The notes under the pieces were generated by a model. The model was not told the origin of the DNA and ran no database searches. It saw only the letters and a list, made by a program, of their open reading frames with translations. Made by a program: the position numbers and the translations under genes. From Xanthobacteraceae bacterium (GTDB lineage Bacteria > Pseudomonadota > Alphaproteobacteria > Rhizobiales > Xanthobacteraceae), in the NCBI GenBank assembly GCA_028290465.1, contig JAQGJU010000100.1, positions 1 through 28,449 on the forward strand: DNA of 28,449 nucleotides, written 5' to 3'. Positions 18,804-27,499 of this stretch are shown here, one piece after another. Numbering within the stretch: position 1 is the first letter of the stretch; each line of letters opens with the position of its first letter.

Positions 18804-19559
18804 CTACCCCCGCCCGACGAACGGCATCTTGGTCGCCATCACGGTCATGAACAGCACGTTGGAATCCAGCGACAGGCTGGCCATGTAGGCGACCGCCTTG
18901 CCGACGTCGGCGACGGCCATGCGCGGCTCCGCCGCCATCTGGCCGTTTGGCTGCAGCATGCCGCCGACCATGCGCTCGGTCAGCGGCGACACCGCGTTGC
19001 CGATGTCGATCTGGCCGCAGGCGATGTCGTAGGCGCGCCCGTCCAGCGATGTCGACTTGGTCAGGCCGGTGATGGCGTGCTTGGTGGCCGTGTAGGCGAT
19101 GGTGTTCGGGCGCGGCGTGTGCGCCGAGATCGAGCCGTTGTTGATGATGCGGCCGCCGCGCGGCGTCTGGTGCCGCATGATCCGGAAGGCTTCCTGCGTG
19201 CACAGGAATGAGCCGTTCAGATTGGTATCGACCGCGGCCTTCCACTTCTCGTACGGCAACTCGTCGATTGGCACCGCCGGCGCGCCGACGCCGGCATTGT
19301 TGAAAAGGAGATCCAGCCGGCCATAGGTGTCCTTGGTCTTCTTGAACAACGCGGCAATGGAGGCCGGATCGGTGATGTCGGTCGGCACCGCGAGCGTCTT
19401 GCCGCCCAGCCCCGTGGCCTGCTTGGCCACCGCGTCCAGGTTTTCCTGGCGCCGGCCGGCCAGCACCACGGTCCAGCCGTCGGCGACCAGCGCCAAGGCG
19501 GCGGCTTCGCCCACGCCTGAGCCCGCGCCGGTGACGATCGCGATTTTTTGTGGTGCCAT
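18804..19559 (-). CDS. SDR-family NAD(P)-dependent oxidoreductase
   Basis: Rossmann motif TGAGSGVG is followed by NNAG and the catalytic YTATKHA (YxxxK). A GGGGGAG RBS is present. Confidence 0.9.
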   Translation of the reverse strand: MAPQKIAIVTGAGSGVGEAAALALVADGWTVVLAGRRQENLDAVAKQATGLGGKTLAVPTDITDPASIAALFKKTKDTYGRLDLLFNNAGVGAPAVPIDELPYEKWKAAVDTNLNGSFLCTQEAFRIMRHQTPRGGRIINNGSISAHTPRPNTIAYTATKHAITGLTKSTSLDGRAYDIACGQIDIGNAVSPLTERMVGGMLQPNGQMAAEPRMAVADVGKAVAYMASLSLDSNVLFMTVMATKMPFVGRG

Positions 19560-19657
19560 GTTCGCTCCCCCTGATGCTAATGCGGGCTAAACCCGATCCG
19601 GCGTCTTCGATAACGCGGCCGGCGGAGTGCGTCCAGGGAGGATGAAAGTAGGACGGC

Positions 19658-21919
19658 CTACCCGGCCAGCGACATCGGATCGCTGAGCACCGGCTGCGCC
19701 GACGCGACGCCGGATATGCGCAGGGTGATCTGCTCGGGCGCCACCGGGCGGCCGAAGCGATAGCCTTGCAGCGAATGCACGCCGGCGGCGCGCAGGAACA
19801 AATGCTGCTCGGCGGTCTCGACGCCTTCGGCCGTGACCTTCATGCGCAGGCCGCGGCCGAGGCTGACCACCGCATGGATGATGGCGGCCGCATCGGCGCC
19901 GCCTTCGATGCTGCGCACGAAGCTGCCGTCGATCTTCAGCTTGTCGAACGGGAAACGCCGCAGATACTGCAAGCTCGAATAGCCGGTGCCGAAATCGTCC
20001 AGCGCCAGCCGCACGCCGAGCGCCTTCAGGCGCAGCATCGCGGCCTCGGCGCTGTCGACATTGCCAAGCAGCGTGCTCTCGGTGACTTCAAGCTCCAGCA
20101 GGGTCGGATCGAAGCCGGTGTCGGCCAACGCCCGCTCCACCATCTCGACGAATTGCGGCCGGCGGAATTGCATCGGCGACACATTGACCGCCATGGTGAT
20201 GCCGGGCCACTGCCTGCCTTCGTGGCAGGCGCGGCGCAACACCCATTCGCCGAGATCGAAGATCAGCCCGCTATGTTCGGCGACCGGAATGAACTCGGCC
20301 GGCGACACTTCGCCGCGCAGCGGGTGGGTCCAGCGCGCCAGCGCCTCCAGGCCGATCACCCGCTCGCCGCTGGCATTGACCAGCGGCTGGTAGACGACAT
20401 GCAGCGCGTCGTTCTCCAGCGCCTCACGCAGGTCGTTTTCCAGGTGCTTGCGATGCGACAGGTCGGCGTCCATCGCGGCGTCGTAGATGCAGGCGCGGTT
20501 GCGGCCTTCGTTCTTCGCCCGGTACAGCGCCATGTCGGCATAGCGCATGATGTCGGCGGCGCTCTGCACGCGCTGATCGACGATGGCGATGCCGATGCTG
20601 GCACCGATCACGATGGTCTGGTCGTTGATCGCGTAGGGCGCACACAGCGCCGTGCGCATCCGGGTCGCGACGGTCTGCAATTCATTCGCGTCGAGATCGC
20701 CGGCCAGCAGCACCGCGAATTCGTCGCCGCCGAGCCGCGCCACCAGATCCTGGTCGGTGACCGTGCGGGCGAGGCGGAGCGTGACGTTGCGAATCAACTC
20801 GTCGCCGACCGGGTGGCCGAGCGTATCGTTGACGTCCTTGAAGTGATCGAGATCGATGTAGAACACCGAGGCGCCGGCTTCGCCGCGCCGTACTTCGTTG
20901 ATCACGCTTTCCAGCCGCTCGCCGAAATAGATGCGGTTGGGCAGGCCGCACAGCGGGTCGTGCAGCGCAAGGTGCCGCATGCGGTTTTCGCCGGCCGCGA
21001 TGGTGGCGGCGGTGCGCCGCATATAGCGCAGCACCAGGCCGACCAGCAGCATGAAGCCGCCGATCGCCACGGTGATGAACGGCACGATGCTGGCGACGAT
21101 TTCGCTGCCGGTGCGGGTCGGCGTCCAGGCGAACCGGCTGATCGGCAGGCCATGGCCGTCGACGACTTCATAGGCGAAGTCGCCGGACGGCAGATCGCCA
21201 TCCGCGACCTGCCGGAGGTTATGCAGTTGCAGACGGGTCGCGATGCCGGTCAGCACGTCTTCATCGATGAAGCGTACCACCAGCACGGCCGGTGCTGTTT
21301 TGTCGGTGCCGTCCGACGGCGCGGTGACGGCGACCGCGGCGACGATCGCCGGGCGGCCGACGAAGTTCTGCACCAGTGCGACGTGGGCGCGCGGCTTGCC
21401 GAGGCCGCCGGGCGCGGCCGCGATGCGGATGGTGCCGGTCGGCGCGGTTGCGGTGCGGCCGCGCAGATAGTCGAGCATGGGATCGAGGCTGGGGCGCACC
21501 GAGGCAAACAGGTCCGGCTCGATATTGCTGCGGCCGAGCCGCGCGTAGATCAGATGGTCCTGCGGATCGGCCACGAACACGTAGTCGTGGTCGAAATAGT
21601 TCTGCAGCCAGCGCCCGACGTTTTGTTGGACATAATCGCGATTGAAGCTGGTGCGGATATTGTCAACCGAAGCCGCCGTGGTGGCGACGCTTTCGACCTG
21701 CCGCAGCACGCCGGCGGCCTGCTCGGCGATCGCCTTGGTGAACAGTTGCTCCTCATGGGCCAGCGCGACCTGATCGGCGCGTTGCGCCGAGGTCAGCACG
21801 GCCACCACGATGCACGTAATCGCAAGCGCCACGATCACGCAGACCGGCGCTACGACGCTCAGGCGGGTCCGGTCCCACTCGAAGGGCCGACGCTTATCGC
21901 CGAGGGGCGAACTTGCCAC
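19658..21919 (-). CDS. Membrane-anchored sensor diguanylate cyclase/phosphodiesterase (periplasmic domain-GGDEF-EAL)
   Basis: TM1 (aa ~20-45), a ~220-aa periplasmic domain, TM2 (IVASIVPFITVAIGGFMLLVGLVL), then a GGDEF domain (RLGGDEFAV) and an EAL domain (EALARW, DDFGTGYSS, KIDGSFV). It has a GTG start. The 734-aa plus ORF is an antisense shadow. Confidence 0.9.
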   Translation of the reverse strand: MASSPLGDKRRPFEWDRTRLSVVAPVCVIVALAITCIVVAVLTSAQRADQVALAHEEQLFTKAIAEQAAGVLRQVESVATTAASVDNIRTSFNRDYVQQNVGRWLQNYFDHDYVFVADPQDHLIYARLGRSNIEPDLFASVRPSLDPMLDYLRGRTATAPTGTIRIAAAPGGLGKPRAHVALVQNFVGRPAIVAAVAVTAPSDGTDKTAPAVLVVRFIDEDVLTGIATRLQLHNLRQVADGDLPSGDFAYEVVDGHGLPISRFAWTPTRTGSEIVASIVPFITVAIGGFMLLVGLVLRYMRRTAATIAAGENRMRHLALHDPLCGLPNRIYFGERLESVINEVRRGEAGASVFYIDLDHFKDVNDTLGHPVGDELIRNVTLRLARTVTDQDLVARLGGDEFAVLLAGDLDANELQTVATRMRTALCAPYAINDQTIVIGASIGIAIVDQRVQSAADIMRYADMALYRAKNEGRNRACIYDAAMDADLSHRKHLENDLREALENDALHVVYQPLVNASGERVIGLEALARWTHPLRGEVSPAEFIPVAEHSGLIFDLGEWVLRRACHEGRQWPGITMAVNVSPMQFRRPQFVEMVERALADTGFDPTLLELEVTESTLLGNVDSAEAAMLRLKALGVRLALDDFGTGYSSLQYLRRFPFDKLKIDGSFVRSIEGGADAAAIIHAVVSLGRGLRMKVTAEGVETAEQHLFLRAAGVHSLQGYRFGRPVAPEQITLRISGVASAQPVLSDPMSLAG

Positions 21920-22144
21920 GGCCCGTACCTCCCCCTTTTGGATTGCGTTCGCGTGGAGGTGGCAAGGTAGTTCACAAAAATTGCAAATAACTTGCCGGAA
22001 TCGAAGACTGCCCCCATTTGCGCCAACATGTACGCGTTTTACCGCGTGGGGTTAATCAGGAGTTAAGAAGCCGGGCCGGCGCTGTGCGCGCTTTCCCGCT
22101 AAGCGTGGCGAGGGGAAGAAGCGACGCTTCGATCCATACCGCTC

Positions 22145-22897
22145 TCAGCCGCCCGTCGCGGTGCCATAGGGCGGGCGCGGAATAGCAATGTGGGCGGCGC
22201 GCAGCGCGGCCGACCAGCGCTCGCGCAGATCGCGGAAATACGGCTCGTCCGGCTCGATGCGATAGGCCAATTCGGCGTCGCAGGCGTCGCGCCGCACCAC
22301 CAGCACGTCGAGCGGCATGCCGACGCTCAGGTTCGACCGCATGGTAGAGTCCACCGAGATCAACCCGATCTTGAGCGCGTCATACAGATCGATGCCATAA
22401 TGGATGGCGCGATCCAGCACCGGCTTGCCGTATTTGTGCTCGCCGATCTGCAGATAGGGCGTGTCGGTGGTGCATTCGATGAAGTTGCCGGCCGCATAGA
22501 CCATGAACAGCCGCAGCTTGCCGCCTTTGACCTGACCGCCGAACAGGAACGCGACATCGAACTTCACGTCGGACGCGGCGAACGCCTTGCCCTCGCTGTC
22601 ATAGATGCTGCGGATCGCGCTGCCGAGCCGCTGCGCCGCCTGGAACATGGTCGGCGCATTCATCAGGGTTTCGAGTTCGCCGGTTTCCGGATTCGGCACG
22701 CCCTCGGTCAGCATGCTGACCACGGTCTGGCTGATCGATAGGTTGCCCGAGGAGGCGATCGCCATGATGCGTTCGCCCGGATTGTTGAACACATGCAGCT
22801 TGCGGAACGTAGCGATGTTGTCGACGCCCGCATTGGTGCGGGTGTCGGCGATCATCACCAGCCCGTCGCGGACCAGAATTCCGCAGCAATAGGTCAT
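22145..22897 (-). CDS. Anbu (ancestral beta-subunit) proteasome-type peptidase
   Basis: The N-terminus MTYCCGILVRDGLVMIADTRTNAGVDNIATF has the Anbu/HslV-like Ntn-hydrolase start, with Thr2 as nucleophile after Met removal. The 250-aa product has an AAGGAG RBS. Confidence 0.85.
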   Translation of the reverse strand: MTYCCGILVRDGLVMIADTRTNAGVDNIATFRKLHVFNNPGERIMAIASSGNLSISQTVVSMLTEGVPNPETGELETLMNAPTMFQAAQRLGSAIRSIYDSEGKAFAASDVKFDVAFLFGGQVKGGKLRLFMVYAAGNFIECTTDTPYLQIGEHKYGKPVLDRAIHYGIDLYDALKIGLISVDSTMRSNLSVGMPLDVLVVRRDACDAELAYRIEPDEPYFRDLRERWSAALRAAHIAIPRPPYGTATGG

Positions 22898-22954
22898 CGG
22901 TCCGCTCCTTGGGATCCCGGCCGACCCGCAGCGGATCGGGGCGGTCCATCCCTG

Positions 22955-23030
22955 TAACTAGCGGGGCAGTTATAGCGAGGCCCGGAAGGGGGCGGCAATG
23001 GCAGGGCATGGCCCCGGGGCAGTTATCCGG
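22955..23030. promoter_or_regulatory. Candidate operator: two direct GGGGCAGTTAT 11-mers, 53 bp apart, in the Anbu/secreted-protein divergent promoter
   Basis: GGGGCAGTTAT occurs at 22963..22973 and 23016..23026, both anchored by overlapping ORF-track codons. The first copy is embedded in the inverted repeat TAACT-N8-AGTTA. Confidence 0.35.
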
Positions 23031-23180
23031 CCCTTTGCGCGCCGGGGGCAATGCCGACACCCGATACCGACGCGGCAAAGGCGGCTGAAGGTACCACCCG
23101 GCCGGCCATCAGCGGCGATACGACGCTCTCTTAACCGGCACGGCTTACGGTAAATAAAGGCTGATTCGGCACGCTTCACC

Positions 23181-24380
23181 ATGGACTTAACAATGCAAAG
23201 AGCGCTCGCATCGGTTCCCGGCCGTACGCTGTTACTGGCGCTGTTGTTGGGCGCGCCCGGCCTCGCACTCGCGGCCCCCGGTCCGCGGTTGGCGCAGACG
23301 GCACCGGTCGATATGGACGCCGCGCTGGCACAGTATCAGCAGCAGATGGCGGCCTATACGGCGGCCCGCGAAGCCTATGAAGAGGTCGCGGGGCCGTATT
23401 GGGCGGCGATTACCGAAAAGCGCCGGCTGCGCGTCGCCAAGCGCCGCGACCGCCAGCCGGTCGACTTCGACGATTATGTGCTGACGCAGCCGCCGACCTA
23501 CACGGGCCCGAAGCGGCCGGTCGATCCGCTGGCGCGGCCCGAAGAGGCGCCGCAGCGGGCTTATGTGCCGGTGGTGGCCGATTTCCTGGAAGCCGCCGCG
23601 ACCCATTACAAATTCGTGCCGCAGCGCCCGCGCGACGAGTTGGAATACAAACGCGCCTATGCGCAGGCCGCCGCGGCGGCCGGCCTGACCCGCGATCAGA
23701 TCGTGCGCGTCTATGTGTTCGAATGCGGCGGCAACGGCAAATACGATTTGCAGGCCGGGCTGGAATACCGGGCCGACGCGCGGGCAATCAGCTCCGCGCT
23801 CGGCTATAATCAGTTGCTGCACATCAACAGCGTGTCGCTGCTCGCCGAGCGCGGCGACGGTATCCTCAAATCGCTGCACGCCAAGGCGGCACGGCTGACG
23901 GGTGCCGACAAGACCAAGCTCGAGCACAAGATCGCCATCGTGAAGCGAATGATTACGGCGAGTCGCACCGTGCCGCGGCAATGGAGCCAGCACGAAAAGC
24001 TCGCCAAGACGCCGCAAGGCTATGGCATGCATGCGCTGGTGCTGGACGTCGATGTCGGGCCGCTGCTGCAGACGCAGAAGCTGCTCGACTCGGTGGTGTT
24101 CGCGCAGCGCCATGGGATGGAACGTCCGCTGACGGCCGCCGAACTGGAAATGATGAATCTCACCGGCGACGGCAACGGCATCGACATGGTGATGATGCCG
24201 GCCGAGATGCGAACTCAGGTGCCGACGTCGAATTTCTTCCAGCGCAACGGCTATGAGCGCAATCCGGTGGCGATCCGCAACAATACGGTGGCCAAGCTGC
24301 TGGCCGCCACGGATGCCAAGATGGATCGTGAGACCAATGCGCCGGGCGCCAAGGATCTGGCGGCGGCCTATCCGCGATAA
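23181..24380 (+). CDS. Hypothetical secreted protein (signal peptide; no confident family assignment)
   Basis: The 399-aa product has an N-terminal Sec signal (LLLALLLGAPGLALAAP). An internal segment VYVFECGGNGKYDLQAGL...SALGYNQLLHINSVSLL is faintly reminiscent of lysozyme-like folds but is not assignable. The 425-aa antisense ORF is a shadow. Confidence 0.55.
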   Translation: MDLTMQRALASVPGRTLLLALLLGAPGLALAAPGPRLAQTAPVDMDAALAQYQQQMAAYTAAREAYEEVAGPYWAAITEKRRLRVAKRRDRQPVDFDDYVLTQPPTYTGPKRPVDPLARPEEAPQRAYVPVVADFLEAAATHYKFVPQRPRDELEYKRAYAQAAAAAGLTRDQIVRVYVFECGGNGKYDLQAGLEYRADARAISSALGYNQLLHINSVSLLAERGDGILKSLHAKAARLTGADKTKLEHKIAIVKRMITASRTVPRQWSQHEKLAKTPQGYGMHALVLDVDVGPLLQTQKLLDSVVFAQRHGMERPLTAAELEMMNLTGDGNGIDMVMMPAEMRTQVPTSNFFQRNGYERNPVAIRNNTVAKLLAATDAKMDRETNAPGAKDLAAAYPR

Positions 24381-24507
24381 CCTGTCCTCCTTGAAGACGG
24401 TGTGAAGGGCCTCCCGAAACGCTTTGCCTTGGCGTAGCGTTCGTGCAACGTCGCGCCGCAGCTGCGTGACAGCCATTCGCATAAGCGAAGGCGCTGGGGA
24501 GGGTCGC

Positions 24508-25563
24508 ATGAGGTTTCTGAAGGCCGTTGCTTTTTTATGTGCGCTGACCGGTTCAGCCGGCGCGGCCGACTATCCGGCGCCGAAGCAGGGTGACTGGATC
24601 GCCCGCGATTTCAAATTCCAGACCGGCGAGGTGATGCCGGAGCTTCGCCTGCACTACACGACCATTGGCGAGCCGACCGGACAGCCGGTGCTGATCCTGC
24701 ACGGCACCGCCGGCTCCGGCGCCAGCATGCTGACAACGGCCTTCGCGGGCGAACTGTTCGGCCCCGGCCAGCCGCTCGACGCGGCCAAACATTACATCAT
24801 CCTTCCGGACGCGATCGGCGCCGGCAAATCGTCGAAACCGTCCGACGGCATGCGGGCGAAGTTTCCGAAATATAATTATGACGACATGGTCGCGGCGCAG
24901 TACCGGCTGGTCAAGGAAGGCCTGGGCGTGCGGCACTTACGTCTGGTGCTCGGCAATTCGATGGGCGGCATGCATACGTGGGCCTGGGGCGCGAAATATC
25001 CGGAGTTCATGGATGCGCTGGCCCCGATGGCGTCGCAGCCGACCGCGATGGCCAGCCGCAACTGGATGATGCGGCGAATGATGATCGACGCGGTGCGCAA
25101 CGATCCGGCCTGGAACAATGGCGACTACACCGCGCAGCCGACCGCGTTTCGCGTCGCCAATACATTCTACGGCATCGCCGCCAATGGCGGCACGCTGGCC
25201 TATCAGAAACTGGCGCCGACGCGCGCAGCCGCCGACAAGCTGCTCAACGACCGTCTGTCAGCGCCCTTTAACGCCGACGCCAACGACTTTCTCTATCAGT
25301 GGGAATCGTCCAGCGACTACGACGCGTCGCCCGGATTGGAGCGCATTCAGGCCGCGCTGCTGGCCATCAATGCGGCCGACGACGAGCGCAATCCGCCGGA
25401 AACCGGCATCATGGAGCGCGGATTGAAACGCGTGAAGAATGGCAGACTGCTGCTGATCCCGGCCAGCGAAGATACGCGCGGCCACGGCACCACCGGCAAC
25501 GCGAAGTTTTATGCGAAGCCGTTGGGCGAGTGGCTGGCGGGCGTGCCGGCGAAGGGGATGTGA
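24508..25563 (+). CDS. Secreted alpha/beta-hydrolase (MetX/homoserine-acetyltransferase-like fold)
   Basis: ATG 24508 follows a GGGGAGGG RBS. The signal peptide is MRFLKAVAFLCALTGSAGA. The nucleophile elbow GNSMGGMHTW and the HGTAGSGASM oxyanion region are present. Confidence 0.8.
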   Translation: MRFLKAVAFLCALTGSAGAADYPAPKQGDWIARDFKFQTGEVMPELRLHYTTIGEPTGQPVLILHGTAGSGASMLTTAFAGELFGPGQPLDAAKHYIILPDAIGAGKSSKPSDGMRAKFPKYNYDDMVAAQYRLVKEGLGVRHLRLVLGNSMGGMHTWAWGAKYPEFMDALAPMASQPTAMASRNWMMRRMMIDAVRNDPAWNNGDYTAQPTAFRVANTFYGIAANGGTLAYQKLAPTRAAADKLLNDRLSAPFNADANDFLYQWESSSDYDASPGLERIQAALLAINAADDERNPPETGIMERGLKRVKNGRLLLIPASEDTRGHGTTGNAKFYAKPLGEWLAGVPAKGM

Positions 25564-25575
25564 GGCGAAGAAGCC

Positions 25576-26406
25576 TCAACTCTGCGTCTGTCGCCCGGCC
25601 TGATCGACCTGCACGGCGATCGACATGGTCTCGGCGCCGCCGCCATAGCGGGTGCCGCGCACCGGCGCCGCGCCGAGATAATCCAGCCCGATCGCGACAC
25701 GCACGTGGGCATCGGTGGCGCACATGCCGTTGGTCGGATCGAACGCGATCCAGCCGTAATCCGTCACAAAGGCTTCGGCCCAGGCGTGGCCGGCTTCCTG
25801 CGCGGTGACGCCATCGGCGCGGTGGAAATACCCGCCGACGTATCTGGCCGGCACCCCCAGGGTGCGGGCGACGGCGAGGAAAATATGCGTCGCATCCTGG
25901 CAGACGCCGCGCTTGAGCGTGAAGGCTTCGGCCGCCGTGGTGCCGGAATTGGTCGGATCGGTATCGTAGGTGATGTCGTCGTGCAGGCGGTCCATCAGCG
26001 TATGCATCAGGCCGAGCGTCTCGGCGCTGTCGGGCAACGCGCGCAGTTCCTCGGCGAACGCGGTAATGCCCGGGTCGGGCATCGTCAGCGGCGTCTCGCG
26101 CAGGAACAGGCTCGGCGGAAAGCGTTCGACCGCGCCCTTGACGAACCCGTTGGTGTCCTGGGTTTCGACCTCGCCATCGACCCGCACGCTCAGCGTGGAG
26201 AACGGCCCGTCGGCCGTGAAGGCATGCGAGATATTGCCGAAGGCGTCTTCATGCTCGTCGAGCCGGCAATCCTGCGACACGTCCACGCGCCAGTCGATCA
26301 CGAACTGACCGTCATGGTTGCGCGGCGTCAGCCGTAGATTCTGGATCACGCCGTTCGGCGGCTGGTCATAGTTATAGACCGTCTCGTGCGAGATGCGGAT
26401 ACGCAT
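25576..26406 (-). CDS. Transglutaminase-like cysteine protease-fold protein (Bact_transglu_N + TGase core)
   Basis: It begins MRIRISHETVYNYDQPP, the Bact_transglu_N start. The core carries a candidate Cys/His/Asp triad in RGVCQDATH, GHAWAEAF and FDPTNG. An AGGAG RBS is present. Confidence 0.85.
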   Translation of the reverse strand: MRIRISHETVYNYDQPPNGVIQNLRLTPRNHDGQFVIDWRVDVSQDCRLDEHEDAFGNISHAFTADGPFSTLSVRVDGEVETQDTNGFVKGAVERFPPSLFLRETPLTMPDPGITAFAEELRALPDSAETLGLMHTLMDRLHDDITYDTDPTNSGTTAAEAFTLKRGVCQDATHIFLAVARTLGVPARYVGGYFHRADGVTAQEAGHAWAEAFVTDYGWIAFDPTNGMCATDAHVRVAIGLDYLGAAPVRGTRYGGGAETMSIAVQVDQAGRQTQS

Positions 26407-26511
26407 CGGCTCCTCGTCATCCTGTCGGACCGGATGCGACGGCGCCGCGCGATCCCGTCAGCCATTGATCCCGAACGCGTCCGCCTTGTCCATGGGGGGG
26501 CCAGGGCAGGA

Positions 26512-27453
26512 TTAAAGCAGATATTGCTGGGTGATGGCAGCACCGAGGCGGTTGTTGTCGGCGACGAATTCGCTGATGAATTCGTGCAACCCGTGCTGGA
26601 AAATCTCGTCCATGCGGCTGTTTTGCAGCCTTGTGCGGATCGCCCGGGCTTGGCGCTGGGCCGGGCCCTGGCGGCCATAGGCTCTGGCGATTTCGTCCAG
26701 GAACCGGACCTGGTTCTCGAAACAGGATGCCAGCGAGCGCGGCATCTGCTCGTTGAGCATCAACAGATCGGCAATCAGCCACGGCTTCAGGCTGTCGCGA
26801 TAGACCCAGTGATAGGCGGTGAGCGCCGACACCGAGCGCAGGATCGCGGCCCATTGGAAATAGTCGAGCGGTCCGCCGACCTGTTCGTCGGCCGGCAGCA
26901 GCATGTGGTATTTCACGTCGAGGATGCGGGCGGTGTTGTCGGCCCGCTCCATGTAGACGCCGAGCCGGGAGAACCAGTAGGCGTCGTTGCGCAGCATGGT
27001 CCGGTAAGCCGAGCCGTCGAAGCGCAGCGAGATTTCCTGCACCCAGCGCAAAAAATTGGCGAACTCCTCGCGCGAGGTCGGACCGTTGCCGAAGCGTTTG
27101 AGTTCGATCCAGGCGCCGTTGATGGCGTCCCACATCTCGGAGGTGAGCGCGGTGCGGACCGCGCGCGCATTGGTGCGCGCCGCCTCGATGCAGGAGCGGA
27201 TCGAGGACGGGTTCTCGCTCGAGAAGGCGAGAAAATCGGTGACGGTTTCCTCAGTGGCTTCGTCGTGCACCGCCGCGAACGCGGCCGCGCAGCCGGCGGT
27301 CGCGACCGCGGATTCCCATTCATTCGACGAGCCCACATAGGCCAGCGGCAGCGCGGTGAGGCGTTGCGTCGCTTCCAGGATGCGCGCGAGATATTCGGCG
27401 CGCTCCACGTAGCGCGCGAGCCAGTACAGATTATCGGCGGTGCGCGAAAGCAT
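26512..27453 (-). CDS. Alpha-E domain protein (DUF403)
   Basis: MLSRTADNLYWLARYVERAEYLARILEATQRL is the canonical Alpha-E N-terminus. The 313-aa all-helical protein is invariably partnered with circularly permuted ATP-grasp proteins. Confidence 0.85.
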   Translation of the reverse strand: MLSRTADNLYWLARYVERAEYLARILEATQRLTALPLAYVGSSNEWESAVATAGCAAAFAAVHDEATEETVTDFLAFSSENPSSIRSCIEAARTNARAVRTALTSEMWDAINGAWIELKRFGNGPTSREEFANFLRWVQEISLRFDGSAYRTMLRNDAYWFSRLGVYMERADNTARILDVKYHMLLPADEQVGGPLDYFQWAAILRSVSALTAYHWVYRDSLKPWLIADLLMLNEQMPRSLASCFENQVRFLDEIARAYGRQGPAQRQARAIRTRLQNSRMDEIFQHGLHEFISEFVADNNRLGAAITQQYLL

Positions 27454-27499
27454 GCGGGTTACGCTATCAAATACGGGTTGCGGTGGAAGTTAAGCACGG

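Noticed and set aside
21895-21925. Apparent one-nucleotide disagreement between my hand-indexing of the printed sequence and the ORF-track translation at the GGDEF-EAL start
   Set aside because: This is most likely my own character-level misreading. Track coordinates are used for all CDS, and hand-derived coordinates are flagged as approximate. It is not a biological frameshift.
19766-21970. 734-aa plus-strand ORF antisense to the GGDEF-EAL gene
   Set aside because: It is a shadow frame. The minus strand has intact GGDEF and EAL motifs and a sensible TM topology.
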